Shown here in pieces: positions 1-9,244 of a DNA stretch of 64,000 nucleotides. The stretch spans positions 144,651-208,650 of the forward strand of contig CANKJK010000006.1 of the NCBI GenBank assembly GCA_947482665.1, read 5' to 3'. The DNA comes from Acidobacteriota bacterium (GTDB lineage Bacteria; Acidobacteriota; Vicinamibacteria; Vicinamibacterales; UBA2999). Each line of letters starts with the position of its first letter. Within the stretch, counting starts at the first letter, position 1. Below the pieces are notes generated by a model. It did no database searches. It saw only the letters and a list, made by a program, of their open reading frames with translations, and was not told the origin of the DNA. Position numbers and translations under genes: made by a program.

Positions 1-322
1 CGAAGACCTCGAGGAGGCGCCCGACCTCTCGCCGCACGTCATCCCGCGCGTCCTGGTAGGGCGAGACGACCGCCGCGATGTTGGGCACGCCGCCCCTGGT
101 GAGCGTGCCGCACACGGCGCCGATCCGGCGAATGTTCGTCTCGCGGTCCTCCCGGCTGAATCCGAGGTCCCGGCTGAGGACCGCCCGTACCTCGTCACCG
201 TCGATGACCTCTGGCCGACAGTGCGTGCGTCCGGCGAGCACGTCAGCCAGGCGCCGCGCGACGGTGGTCTTTCCCGCGCCGGACAAGCCCGTCAGCCAGA
301 CTGTGAACCCCTGCTCCGTCAC
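1..322 (-). CDS. cysC: adenylyl-sulfate (APS) kinase, partial (3' end beyond left edge)
   Basis: Reverse-strand translation from GTG at 322..320 reads VTEQGFTVWLTGLSGAGKTTVARRLADVLAG...IDGDEVRAVLSRDLGFSREDRETNIRRIGAV...VSPYQDAR. This contains the P-loop GLSGAGKTT and the LGFS..DR.ENIRR block typical of CysC. The ORF runs off the window, so it is absent from the ORF track. Confidence 0.85.
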   Translation of the reverse strand, partial: MTEQGFTVWLTGLSGAGKTTVARRLADVLAGRTHCRPEVIDGDEVRAVLSRDLGFSREDRETNIRRIGAVCGTLTRGGVPNIAAVVSPYQDARDDVRREVGRLLEVF

Positions 323-506
323 GCTGCTGCCCCTCCTGAATAGCGTCGGTCCACCGACAGCCCCGTCACGACGCTGGACGTCCGACCACGCCCTGGCGCA
401 GTTTTCCGCCGCGAATTGACTCGCGCGTGCGGACGACCAGACGCCATCTGGAACCGTGGCAACATTGGTGCCGATGTCCCACCCGCCACGGCCCCTGGAG
501 ACGGTG

Positions 507-2243
507 ATGGAAGAGGCCGAGGTGCTCCGCGGCGCCGGACGCCTCGCGGAGGCCGCGGCCGCCTACGAACAGTGGCTGGCATCTGCCGAAGGGCCCGGCA
601 GGGCCGTGGCCCTGTTCAATCTCGGGGTGCTGCGCGCGGACCTGGGCGATCTGCCCGGGGCCGAGACCGCCTACGGGGACGCACTCACGGCCAATCCGCG
701 CCTCCACCAGGCCCGCATCAACGGGGGACTCGCGGCCGAGCGGCAGGGTCGCGATACCGATGCGGTGCGGCTGTGGCTCTCGGTCGCGGAGGCCGTTGCC
801 AATGGCGACCCGGACGCGGTGCCGCTGGCCGCCGTCGCGCTCAACCACGTGGGCCGGCTTCAGGAAGCCCGGCGGCACTTCGCGGCGGCCGAGTCCGCCC
901 TGGCCCACAGCCTCCGCCTCGACCCCACGCAGCCGGACGCGATTCAGCACTGGGTGCATCTGCGTCAGAAGCAGTGCACGTGGCCGGTCTACGCGCCGCC
1001 GCCCGGCCTGACAGTGAACCGCCTGATGGCCGCCACCTCGCCGCTCGCGATGCTGGCGCTGGCCGATGACCCGGCGATGCAGTGGTTTGCCGCGCAGTCC
1101 TTCGTGGCGCGGAAGTACCCGGCGCCGGCCGAGCGGCTCGGCCCCGGTCCGCGCGCGGCGGACGGCCGCCTGCGGATCGGCTACCTCTCGGGTGATCTCT
1201 GCACGCACGCCGTCGGGCTCCTGCTGCCGGACCTGATCGAGGCCCACGATCGCACGCGCGTGCACGTCACGGCCTTCGACTTCAGCCCGGAGGATCGGAC
1301 CGCGCACCGCGCGCGGCTCCTGGCCGCCTTTGATGACGTCGTGCCCGTGCACGCCCTCACGGATCGCGCGGCTGCCGACGCCATACGTGCGCGCGGCCTC
1401 GACGTGCTCATCGATCTGCATGGACTCAGCTCGGGCGCACGCCCAGGCATCCTCGCCTACCGGCCCGCACGGGTCATCGCGACCTATCTTGGCTTCATCG
1501 GCACGACCGCGCTGCCCTGGGTGGACGTCGTGGTCACCGACCGCTGGACCATGCCCGAGTCGGTGACGCCCTACATCACCGAGACGCCGCTCTACATCGA
1601 CGGCTCGATGATTCCGCTCGTGCACCAGCCGGTGGGACCGGTCCGCGTCTCCCGCGCCGACGTGGGTCTGCCGGAGGGCCGTGTCGTGGTGGCCTGCTTC
1701 AACAACATCTACAAGCTCACGCCCCAGATCTTCGGCGCCTGGTTGCGCCTGCTCCAGCGCGCGGACGAGACGGTGCTCTGGCTCCTCGACGACAACCCGT
1801 GGGCCACCGCCGCCCTGCGCGGGCACGCCCAGGCCGCCGGCATCGACCCGGCGCGGTTGGTGTTTCTCTCACGCGCCACCCACGCGGAGTACCGCGAGCG
1901 GCTCACGCTGGCCGATCTCTATCTGGATACCTTCCCCTACAACGCGGGCTCCACCGCGCGGGATGTCCTGGATGCGGGCGTGCCGCTGGTGACACTGGCC
2001 GGCCGCACACCGGTCTCACGCATGGCTGGCAGCCTCCTCCACGCCGCGGGCCTGGATGAACTGGTGGCCACCAGCTGGGAGAGCTACGAGCAGCTCGCGC
2101 TGCAGCTGGCCACGGACCCGGCGCGCCGGCTCGCCATCCGCGATCGGATGCGCGCGCTGGCGCCGACGTGGACCTCCGCGCCGGCGCGGCTGATGCGCAG
2201 CCTCGAAGATCAGCTCCTACAGCTGGTCTCCAAGGCCTCCTGA
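507..2243 (+). CDS. TPR-repeat protein with C-terminal GT41 (SPINDLY/OGT-family) glycosyltransferase domain
   Basis: The N-terminal region is TPR-like (AAAAYEQWL..., AETAYGDAL...). The C-terminal region (RIGYLSGDL..H, VVACFNNIYKLTPQIFGAWLRLL, DLYLDTFPYNAGSTARDVLDAGVPLVTL) matches the bacterial SPINDLY-type OGT layout. The ORF opens at GTG 456. I prefer ATG 507 because GGAGA lies 5-6 nt upstream. Confidence 0.75.
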   Translation: MEEAEVLRGAGRLAEAAAAYEQWLASAEGPGRAVALFNLGVLRADLGDLPGAETAYGDALTANPRLHQARINGGLAAERQGRDTDAVRLWLSVAEAVANGDPDAVPLAAVALNHVGRLQEARRHFAAAESALAHSLRLDPTQPDAIQHWVHLRQKQCTWPVYAPPPGLTVNRLMAATSPLAMLALADDPAMQWFAAQSFVARKYPAPAERLGPGPRAADGRLRIGYLSGDLCTHAVGLLLPDLIEAHDRTRVHVTAFDFSPEDRTAHRARLLAAFDDVVPVHALTDRAAADAIRARGLDVLIDLHGLSSGARPGILAYRPARVIATYLGFIGTTALPWVDVVVTDRWTMPESVTPYITETPLYIDGSMIPLVHQPVGPVRVSRADVGLPEGRVVVACFNNIYKLTPQIFGAWLRLLQRADETVLWLLDDNPWATAALRGHAQAAGIDPARLVFLSRATHAEYRERLTLADLYLDTFPYNAGSTARDVLDAGVPLVTLAGRTPVSRMAGSLLHAAGLDELVATSWESYEQLALQLATDPARRLAIRDRMRALAPTWTSAPARLMRSLEDQLLQLVSKAS

Positions 2244-2253
2244 CCCGACGCCG

Positions 2254-5200
2254 CTAGGCGAGGCCCAGAATCGAGAGCTGGTCGGAGCTGAGCGCCGCCA
2301 CCTGCGCCGGGGTGAGCGCAGCGATCTGACCTGCGGTGAAGGCGGCCAGCTGCATCGTATTCATCGCAGCCACCTGCGCGGCGTGCATCGCCGCAATGCC
2401 CTCGAGCGTGATGAAGGACACCTGGCCCGGCGTGAAGCCGCCGATCTGCTCGTCACTGAGCACGCGGAGCTGCGCCGTGCGCAGTGCCGCGACACCCGTG
2501 TCGCTGATGGCGCCGAGCTGGTCGGACGAGAGGGCGCCGACCTGCGCGGTGGAGAGCGCGGCGACCTGTGCGGACTGGAGCGCCGCCACCTGTTCCGCGG
2601 AGAGCGCCTGCACGCCGGAGACGGTCAGCCCACCGATGGCCGATGTCGTCAGCGTCACGAGCTGCCCGGCGCTGATCGCCGCCACCTGGTCGGTGCCCAG
2701 CGCGGCCACCTGCTGACTCGCCAGCACGCCGAAGTCGTCCACACCCAACGCGCCGACCTGTTCCGCGGTGAGCGCGGCGACCTGGGTGGTCGTCAGCGCG
2801 GCAACCTGGGTCGTCGTGAACGCCTCGACCTGCTCGGCTGAGAGGGCGCGCAAGGCCGCCGTGCCGAGCGCATTCAGATCCGCCGTCTCGAACGCCGCCA
2901 CCTGTCCGGTCGACAGGCCCAGCACCTGCGCGGTCGAGAGTGTGGCGGCCTGCGCCGTCGTCAGCGCGGCCACGCCGCCGTTGCTGATGGCGCCCAGCTG
3001 GGCTGCGCTCAGCGCACCAATCTGGGCGGTGGTGAAGGCCGCCACCTGGTCGGTGCCGAGTGCGGCCACCTGCGCCGTCTCCAACGCCGCCACCTGACCC
3101 GTGCTCATGACGGCCAGGTCGACTGTCTCGATGGCCGCCACCTGACCGGTGGTGAGCGACGCGACCTGCTCGGTCGTGAGCGCCATCACCTGCGCCGTGG
3201 TCAGCGCCGGCACGACGCCGGCGTCGAGCGCGGCCACCTGGTCGCTGGTCAGGGCCGCAACCTGGCCGGTCGAGAGCGCGGCCACCTGCGCCGAGCCGAG
3301 GATGCCCACCTGGGCCGTGCCCAACGCGGCGATCTGCGTGGTCGTCAGGGCCGCGAGCTTCGTTGGCGAGAATCCGGACACCTGCGCCGTGGTGAGCGCC
3401 GCCACCTGATCGGTGTCGAGCGCGCCCAACTGCGTGGTGGAGAGTGCGCCGACGCTCGCCGTGCCCAGCGCGGCCACCTGCGCCGTGGTGAACGCGGCCA
3501 CCTGCGCCGTGCCCAGCGCCTGCACCTGCGCCGTCGTCAGGGCCGAGGCCTGTTCCGTCGTCAGGGCGGCAATCGACCCTGCCGGGAGCGCCGCCACGCC
3601 GGACGTGGACAGCCAGGTGATCTGGTCCGTCGACAGTGCCACCACCTGCGCGGTGGGCAGCACGCTCACCTGCGCGGTGCTGAGCGCGCCGATCTGGCCG
3701 GAGCCCAGCGCCGCGACCTGCGCGGTCGTCAGCGCATCGAGCTGGGTCGTCGTCAGCGCATTCAGCTGGCCACTGGTCAGCGCCGCTACCTGGTCGGTCG
3801 TCAGGGCCATCACCTGCCCGGTGCCCAGTGCCGTCAACGCGCTGGTCGTCAGGGCCGCCACGCCGTCGGTCGCCAGCGCGGCCAGCTGGGCCGTGGTCAG
3901 CACCACGGTCTGGTCCGAGGTCAGACCGGCCAGGTCCGCCGCCTCGAGATTGCCCATCTCGGCCACCGGCAAGGCTTCGATCTGCGCCGTGGTCAGGGCC
4001 GCGTATTGCGTCGAGGTCAGCGCGCGCAGCTGGTCGCTGGACAGGGCCGCGACCTGCGCGGTGGTCAGCGACACGAGGTTGTCCGTCGCAAGCCCATTCA
4101 CCTGCGCCGTGGTCAGGCCCGGCAGCTGCGTCGTCAGCAGCTGCGGCAGTTGCGCCGTGCCGAGCGCGTTCACCTGGCTCGGCGTCAGGGCCGCCACCTG
4201 GTCCGTCGAGAGCGCGTTCAGCTGCGCCGAACTCAGCACCGCGAGGGACGCCGAGGTCAGCGCCGCCACCTGATCGCTGATGAGCGCGGCCACCTGGGCC
4301 GTCGTCAGCGCACCGGTCTGATCCGTGGAGAGCGCGGCGACGTGCGCCGTGGTCAACGCCTGCATTTCATCGGTCGTCAGGGCCGCCACCTGCTCCGTCG
4401 CAAGGCGACCGAGCGTGACCGTCGTCAGCGCCGCCACCTGCGCGGTGTCGAGTCCAGCCACCTGCGCGGTGGTCAGGCTGGCCACCTGGTCGCTGGTGAA
4501 CGCGTTGAACTGCGCGGTGGTCAGCTCGCTCAAGCGTGACGCCGACAGCGTCGTCACCTGGTCGGTGCCGAGCGCCGCCACCTGGGTCGTCGTGAACGCC
4601 TGCAGCTGCGCGGTGGAGACCGCGTCGAGCTGGGCGCTGGTGAGCGCCTGCATCTGTCGCGTCGTCAGCGCGCGGAGCTGGTCTGTTTCCACGGCGACGA
4701 GCTGCGTCGTGGTCAGCGCACCAATCTGGTCAGTCCGGAACGCCGCGACCTGGTTCGTCGCGAAGGCCGTCAATTGCTCGGTCGTGAACCCGACCACCTG
4801 CGAGGTGGTCAGCCCCGCGAGGTCGAGCGTCTCAATGGCCCGGACCTGCGCGGTGCCCAGCGCGCCCAGCTGCGTCGTGGTCAGCGACGCCCACTGCGCG
4901 GCGGTCAGCGCGACCAGGTCGCGCGTTTCTACCGCGGCCATCTGCTCAGTGGTGAGCGCAGCCACCTGGTCGTTGCTGAGCGCCGCGTACTGCCGCTCGG
5001 TCAGCGCCACGACCTGGTCTGTCGTCAGCGCCGCCAGCTGCGTGGTGCTCAGTCCGGCAAGCGCCCCCGTGGCCAGTGCGCCGAGGTGCGTACTGTCGAG
5101 CGCGGTGAGCTGAGCCGTCGTCAGTGCCGCCACCTGGCCGGAGGTGAGCGCGGCCATGTCGACCGTCTCCATCGCGTCGAACTGGCCCGTGGTCACGACG

Positions 5201-8200
5201 GCGACCTGCTCGGGCGTCAGCGCGGCGACCTGCGCCGTGGAGAGCCCGATGATCTGCGCCGTCGTCAGCGCCTGGACCTGCGCGCTCCCCAGCGCCACGA
5301 CCTGCGCTGTCGAAAGACCCGGCAGGTTGATCGTCGGAATGGCGGCCACCTGATCGGTCGTCAGCGCCGCGACCTGGTCCGTGGCCAGCGCGGTCAGCTG
5401 CACCCGCCGCAGGGCGCCGATCTGGTCCGTCGTGAGCGCGGCCACCTGGGCCGTGCCCAGCGCGCGAATCTGCGCGGAGGCGAGCGTGCGCACGTCATCC
5501 GTCTCGAGGGCGGCTACCTGCTCGGTGGTCAGCGCGCCCACCTGGTCCGTCGTCAGGCTCCGCACCTGCCGGGTCGTGAGGGCCACCACCTGGTCGGTCG
5601 TCAGCGCCGCCACGCGGTCAAGATCCAGTGCGGCCACCTGTCCGGCGGTCAGCGCCGCGACCTGGGCTGTGGTGAACGCGGCGACCTGTTCGGTGGCGAG
5701 GCCATTGAGCTGGTCGGAGGTGAGCGCGGGAACGTCGGTGACCTCGAAGGCCGCGACCTGCCCCGTCGTCAGGGCCAGCAGCTGGCTGGTCGTCAGCGCG
5801 CGCACGCCCGTGCTGGTCAGCGCTACCACCTGATCCGTCGTCAGTACATTGACCTGTGTGGTGGTCAGCGCGGCGAGCATCGCGGTCCGGAAACCGGCCA
5901 CCTGTGCCGTCGTGAATGCCGTGATCTGATCCGTGGTGAAGGCCTGCACCTGCCCGGTTGTGAGCGCCGCCAGCGTCCCAATCGTCAGCGCCGCCACCTG
6001 GTCGGTCGCCAGGGCCGCCACCTGTGTCGTCGTCAGCGCGCGCACCTGGTCTGCCCGGAGCGCCGCCAGCTGGCCGCTCGCCAGGGCGGTAACCTGGCCG
6101 GTCGTCAGCGCCGCCACCTGCGCGGTCGCCAGGCCGCGCACCTGCGTGCTGAGCAGGCTCTGGACCTGCTCGGTGGTCAGGCTCTGGACCTGGTCGGTGG
6201 TGAGGGCAACCAGCTGGAACGACCTGAGCGTCTGGAGGTCGCCGGTCTCGATGGCCACCAACTGCGCCGTGCCGAGCGCACTCAACTGCGCGGTGCTCAG
6301 GGCGCCCACCTGATCGGCCGTCAAGGCCCCCACTTGGTCGCTCGACAGCGCGTTCAGGTCATCGGACTCGATGACAGAGACCTGCCGGACGCTGAAGCCC
6401 TGGATCTGGTCGGTGGTGAGGGCCGCGGCCTGAGCCGTCGAGAGCGCGATGACTTGCGTGCCCGTCAGACCGCGCATGGCCGAGGGGTCGAGCGCCGCGA
6501 TGCGGGCCGTGTCGAGCGCCGCGATCTGCGCCGTGGTCATGGCGCCGAGCTGGCGTGAGGTCCAGGCGGCCATGTGGTCCGTGGACAGGGCACCCATCAC
6601 CGCAGTGCGGATCGCCGCCACCTGGCTGACGTCGAGGGCCCGGAGTTGCGTGGAGTCAGTCGCGCCGAGCTGATCACTCGACAGCGCCGCCACCTGCGCG
6701 GTCCCGAACGCCCGCACCTGCGCCGTCGAGAGGGATGCCAGATGGCCCGTCGTGAGCGCCGACACCTGCGCGGTGGTCAGCACGCGCACCTGCGTGCTCC
6801 GGAGCGCACCGACCTGCCCCGTGCCCAGCCAGCCCACCTGGTCGGTCGTCAGGGCCTGAACCTGTGGGCTGGTGAAGGCCGCCACGCCGGCCGAGGACAG
6901 CGCCACCAGGTGGTCACTGTCGAGCGAGACCACCTGGGCGGTGGTCAGGTGAGCGGCCTGATCCGAGGTCAGTGCGCCGATCTGCTCCGTCGTCATGACA
7001 GCGAGACGCGAGGCCGCGATGGTCGCCACCTGGTCCGGCCGGAGTCCAGCCACCTGGTCGGTGGTGAGCGCGGTCAGCTGCTCTGTCGTCAGCGCCGCCA
7101 CCTGGGCCATCGTGAGGCTCTGCAGGCGGCTGCCCGTCAGGGCCGCCATCTGGTCCGTCGTCAGCGCGGCCACGGCCGTGGTCGACAGCAGCGCAAACTG
7201 CGCCTTGCGGAGGCTGCTCACCTGGTCGGTGGTCAACGCGTGAATCTGCGTGGTCGACAGGGCGTCCCACTGCGTCTTTTTGAGGGCCGCCAGGTCCGTG
7301 GTCTCAATGGCCGCCACCTGACCATCCGTCAGGGCCTGGACCTGCGCCGAGGTCAGACTCGCCGTCTGCGCGCTGGTCAGAGCGGCAATCTTGTCGGTCG
7401 ACAGACTCGCGACGTCCGCTGTGTCGATGGCGGCAATCTGGCGCTGCGTCAGGGCCGCCAGCTGCGACGTCTCCAATGCGTCGAAGGCATCGCTCGAGAG
7501 CGCCGCAATCTGGGCGTTGGTGAGACCGGCCAGCTGCGCTGGCGAGAGCGCCCGCAGCTGATCCGAGGTCAGCGCGGCGACGCCGGCGGTGCCCAGGGCC
7601 GCCAGCTTGCCCGGTGTCAGGCTGGCGATCTGATCGGTCGAGAGCGCCTGCACCTGCGCCGAAGTGAGCGACGCCATTTGCTGGGCCGACCAGGCGGCCA
7701 GATCCCCCGTCTCAAGGGCCGACACCTGCGACGTGGCGAGCGCCGCCACCTGGGCATAGGTGAAGGCCGCCATCTGCGGACGCGTGAGCGCGGCCAGCTG
7801 ACCCGCGCCCAGCGCCCGAAGGTCCGCGGTTTCGATCGCGCGGATCTGCGACGCCTTGAGGCTGGCCACCTGATCGGTCTCGAGCGCGCCCACCTGCGCA
7901 CTGGCGAGACCGGCAATCTGCGCGGTCGTCAGCGCCTGCATCTGGCCGGTGCTCAGCTGCGCGAGCTGGTCCGTGGCGAGGGCAGCCAGGGCCGCCGTGC
8001 CCAGCGAGGCAATCTGTCCAGTGCCAAGGGCGGCAATCTGGTCGGAGCCGAGTGCGTTGAGCTGGTCGCTTGAGAGCGTGGCCATCTGCGCCCGCGTCAA
8101 CGCGTTCAACTGCCCCGTCGAGAGGGCCTGGATCTGGTCCGTCGTGAGCACGGTCACGCCGCGAGTCGCCAGGGAGTGCAGGTGCCGGCTGCCCAGGCCC

Positions 8201-8370
8201 GCGATCGCACCGGTCGCAATCGAGGCGATCTGCGCGGTCGTCAGCGCCGCGACCTGGCGATTGCTGAGCGCGCCGATCTCGGCGGAGGTAAACGACGAGA
8301 TATCCGTCGTCGTGGAGACGGCCGGCGGTGTGGTGTAGAGGCCTCCGCCAAGCGGCGCGACGCTGCCCAC
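2254..8370 (-). CDS. giant octapeptide-repeat protein (2038 aa; consensus A-L-T-T-x-Q-V-A, about 250 tandem units)
   Basis: A single 6.1-kb ORF. The GTG start at 8370 is preceded by GGAGGA 8 nt upstream and by an in-frame TAA. A 33-aa non-repeat head is followed by octads to the last residue (..LSILGLA). I see no signal peptide. Confidence 0.85.
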   Translation of the reverse strand: MGSVAPLGGGLYTTPPAVSTTTDISSFTSAEIGALSNRQVAALTTAQIASIATGAIAGLGSRHLHSLATRGVTVLTTDQIQALSTGQLNALTRAQMATLSSDQLNALGSDQIAALGTGQIASLGTAALAALATDQLAQLSTGQMQALTTAQIAGLASAQVGALETDQVASLKASQIRAIETADLRALGAGQLAALTRPQMAAFTYAQVAALATSQVSALETGDLAAWSAQQMASLTSAQVQALSTDQIASLTPGKLAALGTAGVAALTSDQLRALSPAQLAGLTNAQIAALSSDAFDALETSQLAALTQRQIAAIDTADVASLSTDKIAALTSAQTASLTSAQVQALTDGQVAAIETTDLAALKKTQWDALSTTQIHALTTDQVSSLRKAQFALLSTTAVAALTTDQMAALTGSRLQSLTMAQVAALTTEQLTALTTDQVAGLRPDQVATIAASRLAVMTTEQIGALTSDQAAHLTTAQVVSLDSDHLVALSSAGVAAFTSPQVQALTTDQVGWLGTGQVGALRSTQVRVLTTAQVSALTTGHLASLSTAQVRAFGTAQVAALSSDQLGATDSTQLRALDVSQVAAIRTAVMGALSTDHMAAWTSRQLGAMTTAQIAALDTARIAALDPSAMRGLTGTQVIALSTAQAAALTTDQIQGFSVRQVSVIESDDLNALSSDQVGALTADQVGALSTAQLSALGTAQLVAIETGDLQTLRSFQLVALTTDQVQSLTTEQVQSLLSTQVRGLATAQVAALTTGQVTALASGQLAALRADQVRALTTTQVAALATDQVAALTIGTLAALTTGQVQAFTTDQITAFTTAQVAGFRTAMLAALTTTQVNVLTTDQVVALTSTGVRALTTSQLLALTTGQVAAFEVTDVPALTSDQLNGLATEQVAAFTTAQVAALTAGQVAALDLDRVAALTTDQVVALTTRQVRSLTTDQVGALTTEQVAALETDDVRTLASAQIRALGTAQVAALTTDQIGALRRVQLTALATDQVAALTTDQVAAIPTINLPGLSTAQVVALGSAQVQALTTAQIIGLSTAQVAALTPEQVAVVTTGQFDAMETVDMAALTSGQVAALTTAQLTALDSTHLGALATGALAGLSTTQLAALTTDQVVALTERQYAALSNDQVAALTTEQMAAVETRDLVALTAAQWASLTTTQLGALGTAQVRAIETLDLAGLTTSQVVGFTTEQLTAFATNQVAAFRTDQIGALTTTQLVAVETDQLRALTTRQMQALTSAQLDAVSTAQLQAFTTTQVAALGTDQVTTLSASRLSELTTAQFNAFTSDQVASLTTAQVAGLDTAQVAALTTVTLGRLATEQVAALTTDEMQALTTAHVAALSTDQTGALTTAQVAALISDQVAALTSASLAVLSSAQLNALSTDQVAALTPSQVNALGTAQLPQLLTTQLPGLTTAQVNGLATDNLVSLTTAQVAALSSDQLRALTSTQYAALTTAQIEALPVAEMGNLEAADLAGLTSDQTVVLTTAQLAALATDGVAALTTSALTALGTGQVMALTTDQVAALTSGQLNALTTTQLDALTTAQVAALGSGQIGALSTAQVSVLPTAQVVALSTDQITWLSTSGVAALPAGSIAALTTEQASALTTAQVQALGTAQVAAFTTAQVAALGTASVGALSTTQLGALDTDQVAALTTAQVSGFSPTKLAALTTTQIAALGTAQVGILGSAQVAALSTGQVAALTSDQVAALDAGVVPALTTAQVMALTTEQVASLTTGQVAAIETVDLAVMSTGQVAALETAQVAALGTDQVAAFTTAQIGALSAAQLGAISNGGVAALTTAQAATLSTAQVLGLSTGQVAAFETADLNALGTAALRALSAEQVEAFTTTQVAALTTTQVAALTAEQVGALGVDDFGVLASQQVAALGTDQVAAISAGQLVTLTTSAIGGLTVSGVQALSAEQVAALQSAQVAALSTAQVGALSSDQLGAISDTGVAALRTAQLRVLSDEQIGGFTPGQVSFITLEGIAAMHAAQVAAMNTMQLAAFTAGQIAALTPAQVAALSSDQLSILGLA
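2257..8271 (-). repeat. in-frame 24-nt periodic coding repeat array (about 250 units)
   Basis: The plus strand shows a recurring unit of the type GGCCACCTGCGCGGTGGTCAGCGC. The protein parses into 8-residue units with no register break that I could find by eye. Confidence 0.85.
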
Positions 8371-8632
8371 TTAGCGGGTCCTCCCGGACGGCCCGCCGAC
8401 ACACGTGTCGGTACACCGGTCCACCGGGCACTCTCGGCCGGCGTACCGGGCCTGTTTTCCACAGGAACCCGACACGAATGCGAACGAACCTCTCACCTGA
8501 GGGGGCAGAGACCAAGATCCCTGCCACCTGTACGGCCCGCGCTTGCCGGCCTGCTCCTGCTCGACGAGAATGACGCCTCCGGCGCCCGCGTCACTCCGGT
8601 GCGCGCGCCCGGTCGAAGAGGAGTTGTCCGTG

Positions 8633-9175
8633 ATGGGCTCGTTCCGGATTGCGTCGTTGCTCAGTCTTGCAGCGGGCGTGGTGGTCAGCACCGCCCAGGC
8701 ACAGACGCCTGCCAGCGTCGTCGTGGCCAACCCGACCTACGTCACCGTCCCGCTGGAGGTCACGGTGAACAAGCCGGCCGCCGAGGTCTGGGCGCGGATC
8801 GGGAAATACTGTGCCATCCGGGACTGGTTCCCCCTGCCCTGCACGATCGTGAGCGGGAACGAGGAGGAGATTGGCGCGATGCGCTCGGTGGCGAGCGAGA
8901 TCATGGTGGGCAAGACCGCGCTCTCCTACACCTACACACAGGCGCCGAAAGAGGGCAAGCCCTACAACCTGTACCACGGCACCCTGGAAGCGCGGCCGCT
9001 GACCGCGACGACCTCGAAGCTGCTCTACACGCTGTTCTACGACAACTCGATGCTGCCCGATGAGGCCGCCAGGGCGAAGGATCGCGCCGGGAAGGTGGCC
9101 ACCTTCCAGAAGGGGCTGGAGAACATGAAACTGCTGGCCGAGGGCGGAACGCTCCCGCCGGCACCGGCCAAGTAG
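8633..9175 (+). CDS. secreted SRPBCC (START/Bet v1-like, polyketide cyclase/dehydrase fold) protein
   Basis: ATG 8633 has GAGGAG upstream. Signal peptide MGSFRIASLLSLAAGVVVSTAQAQ. The motif AEVWARIGKYCAIRDWFP is typical of SRPBCC proteins. Confidence 0.6.
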   Translation: MGSFRIASLLSLAAGVVVSTAQAQTPASVVVANPTYVTVPLEVTVNKPAAEVWARIGKYCAIRDWFPLPCTIVSGNEEEIGAMRSVASEIMVGKTALSYTYTQAPKEGKPYNLYHGTLEARPLTATTSKLLYTLFYDNSMLPDEAARAKDRAGKVATFQKGLENMKLLAEGGTLPPAPAK

Positions 9176-9183
9176 GACCGCAT

Positions 9184-9218
9184 CGTCCTGCCGTGGCGAG
9201 GGGCGCGACGGCAGGACG
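9184..9218. terminator. bidirectional hairpin between convergent genes
   Basis: CGTCCTGCCGT (9184..9194) pairs perfectly with ACGGCAGGACG (9208..9218), giving an 11-bp stem and a 13-nt loop. It lies between the 3' ends of the SRPBCC and SYLF genes. Confidence 0.5.
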
Positions 9219-9244
9219 GACGGGTGTGACGCATCGGGGCGTGT

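Noticed and set aside
78-582. ORFs 78..419(+) and 319..582(-) near the left edge.
   Set aside because: 78..419 is antisense to the clearly recognisable cysC frame. 319..582 is an Arg/Pro-rich ORF spanning the divergent intergenic region. Both are shadow ORFs.
2254-8370. The strictly periodic 24-nt array could be a CRISPR array, a satellite or some other non-coding repeat.
   Set aside because: There is no repeat-spacer alternation. The period is a multiple of 3 and in frame across 6.1 kb. The ORF has a strong ribosome-binding site and a defined start, and the variation is concentrated at particular codon positions of the octad. It is a coding repeat.
2254-8370. Possible homology of the octapeptide protein to ice-nucleation proteins, which also show 8/16/48-residue periodicity and are Thr-rich.
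   Set aside because: Only the periodicity and Thr content are shared. The INP consensus (AGYGSTxT...) and its Gly/Tyr residues are absent, and the INP N- and C-terminal domains are missing. I keep this as an architectural analogy to test by structure prediction, not as a claim.
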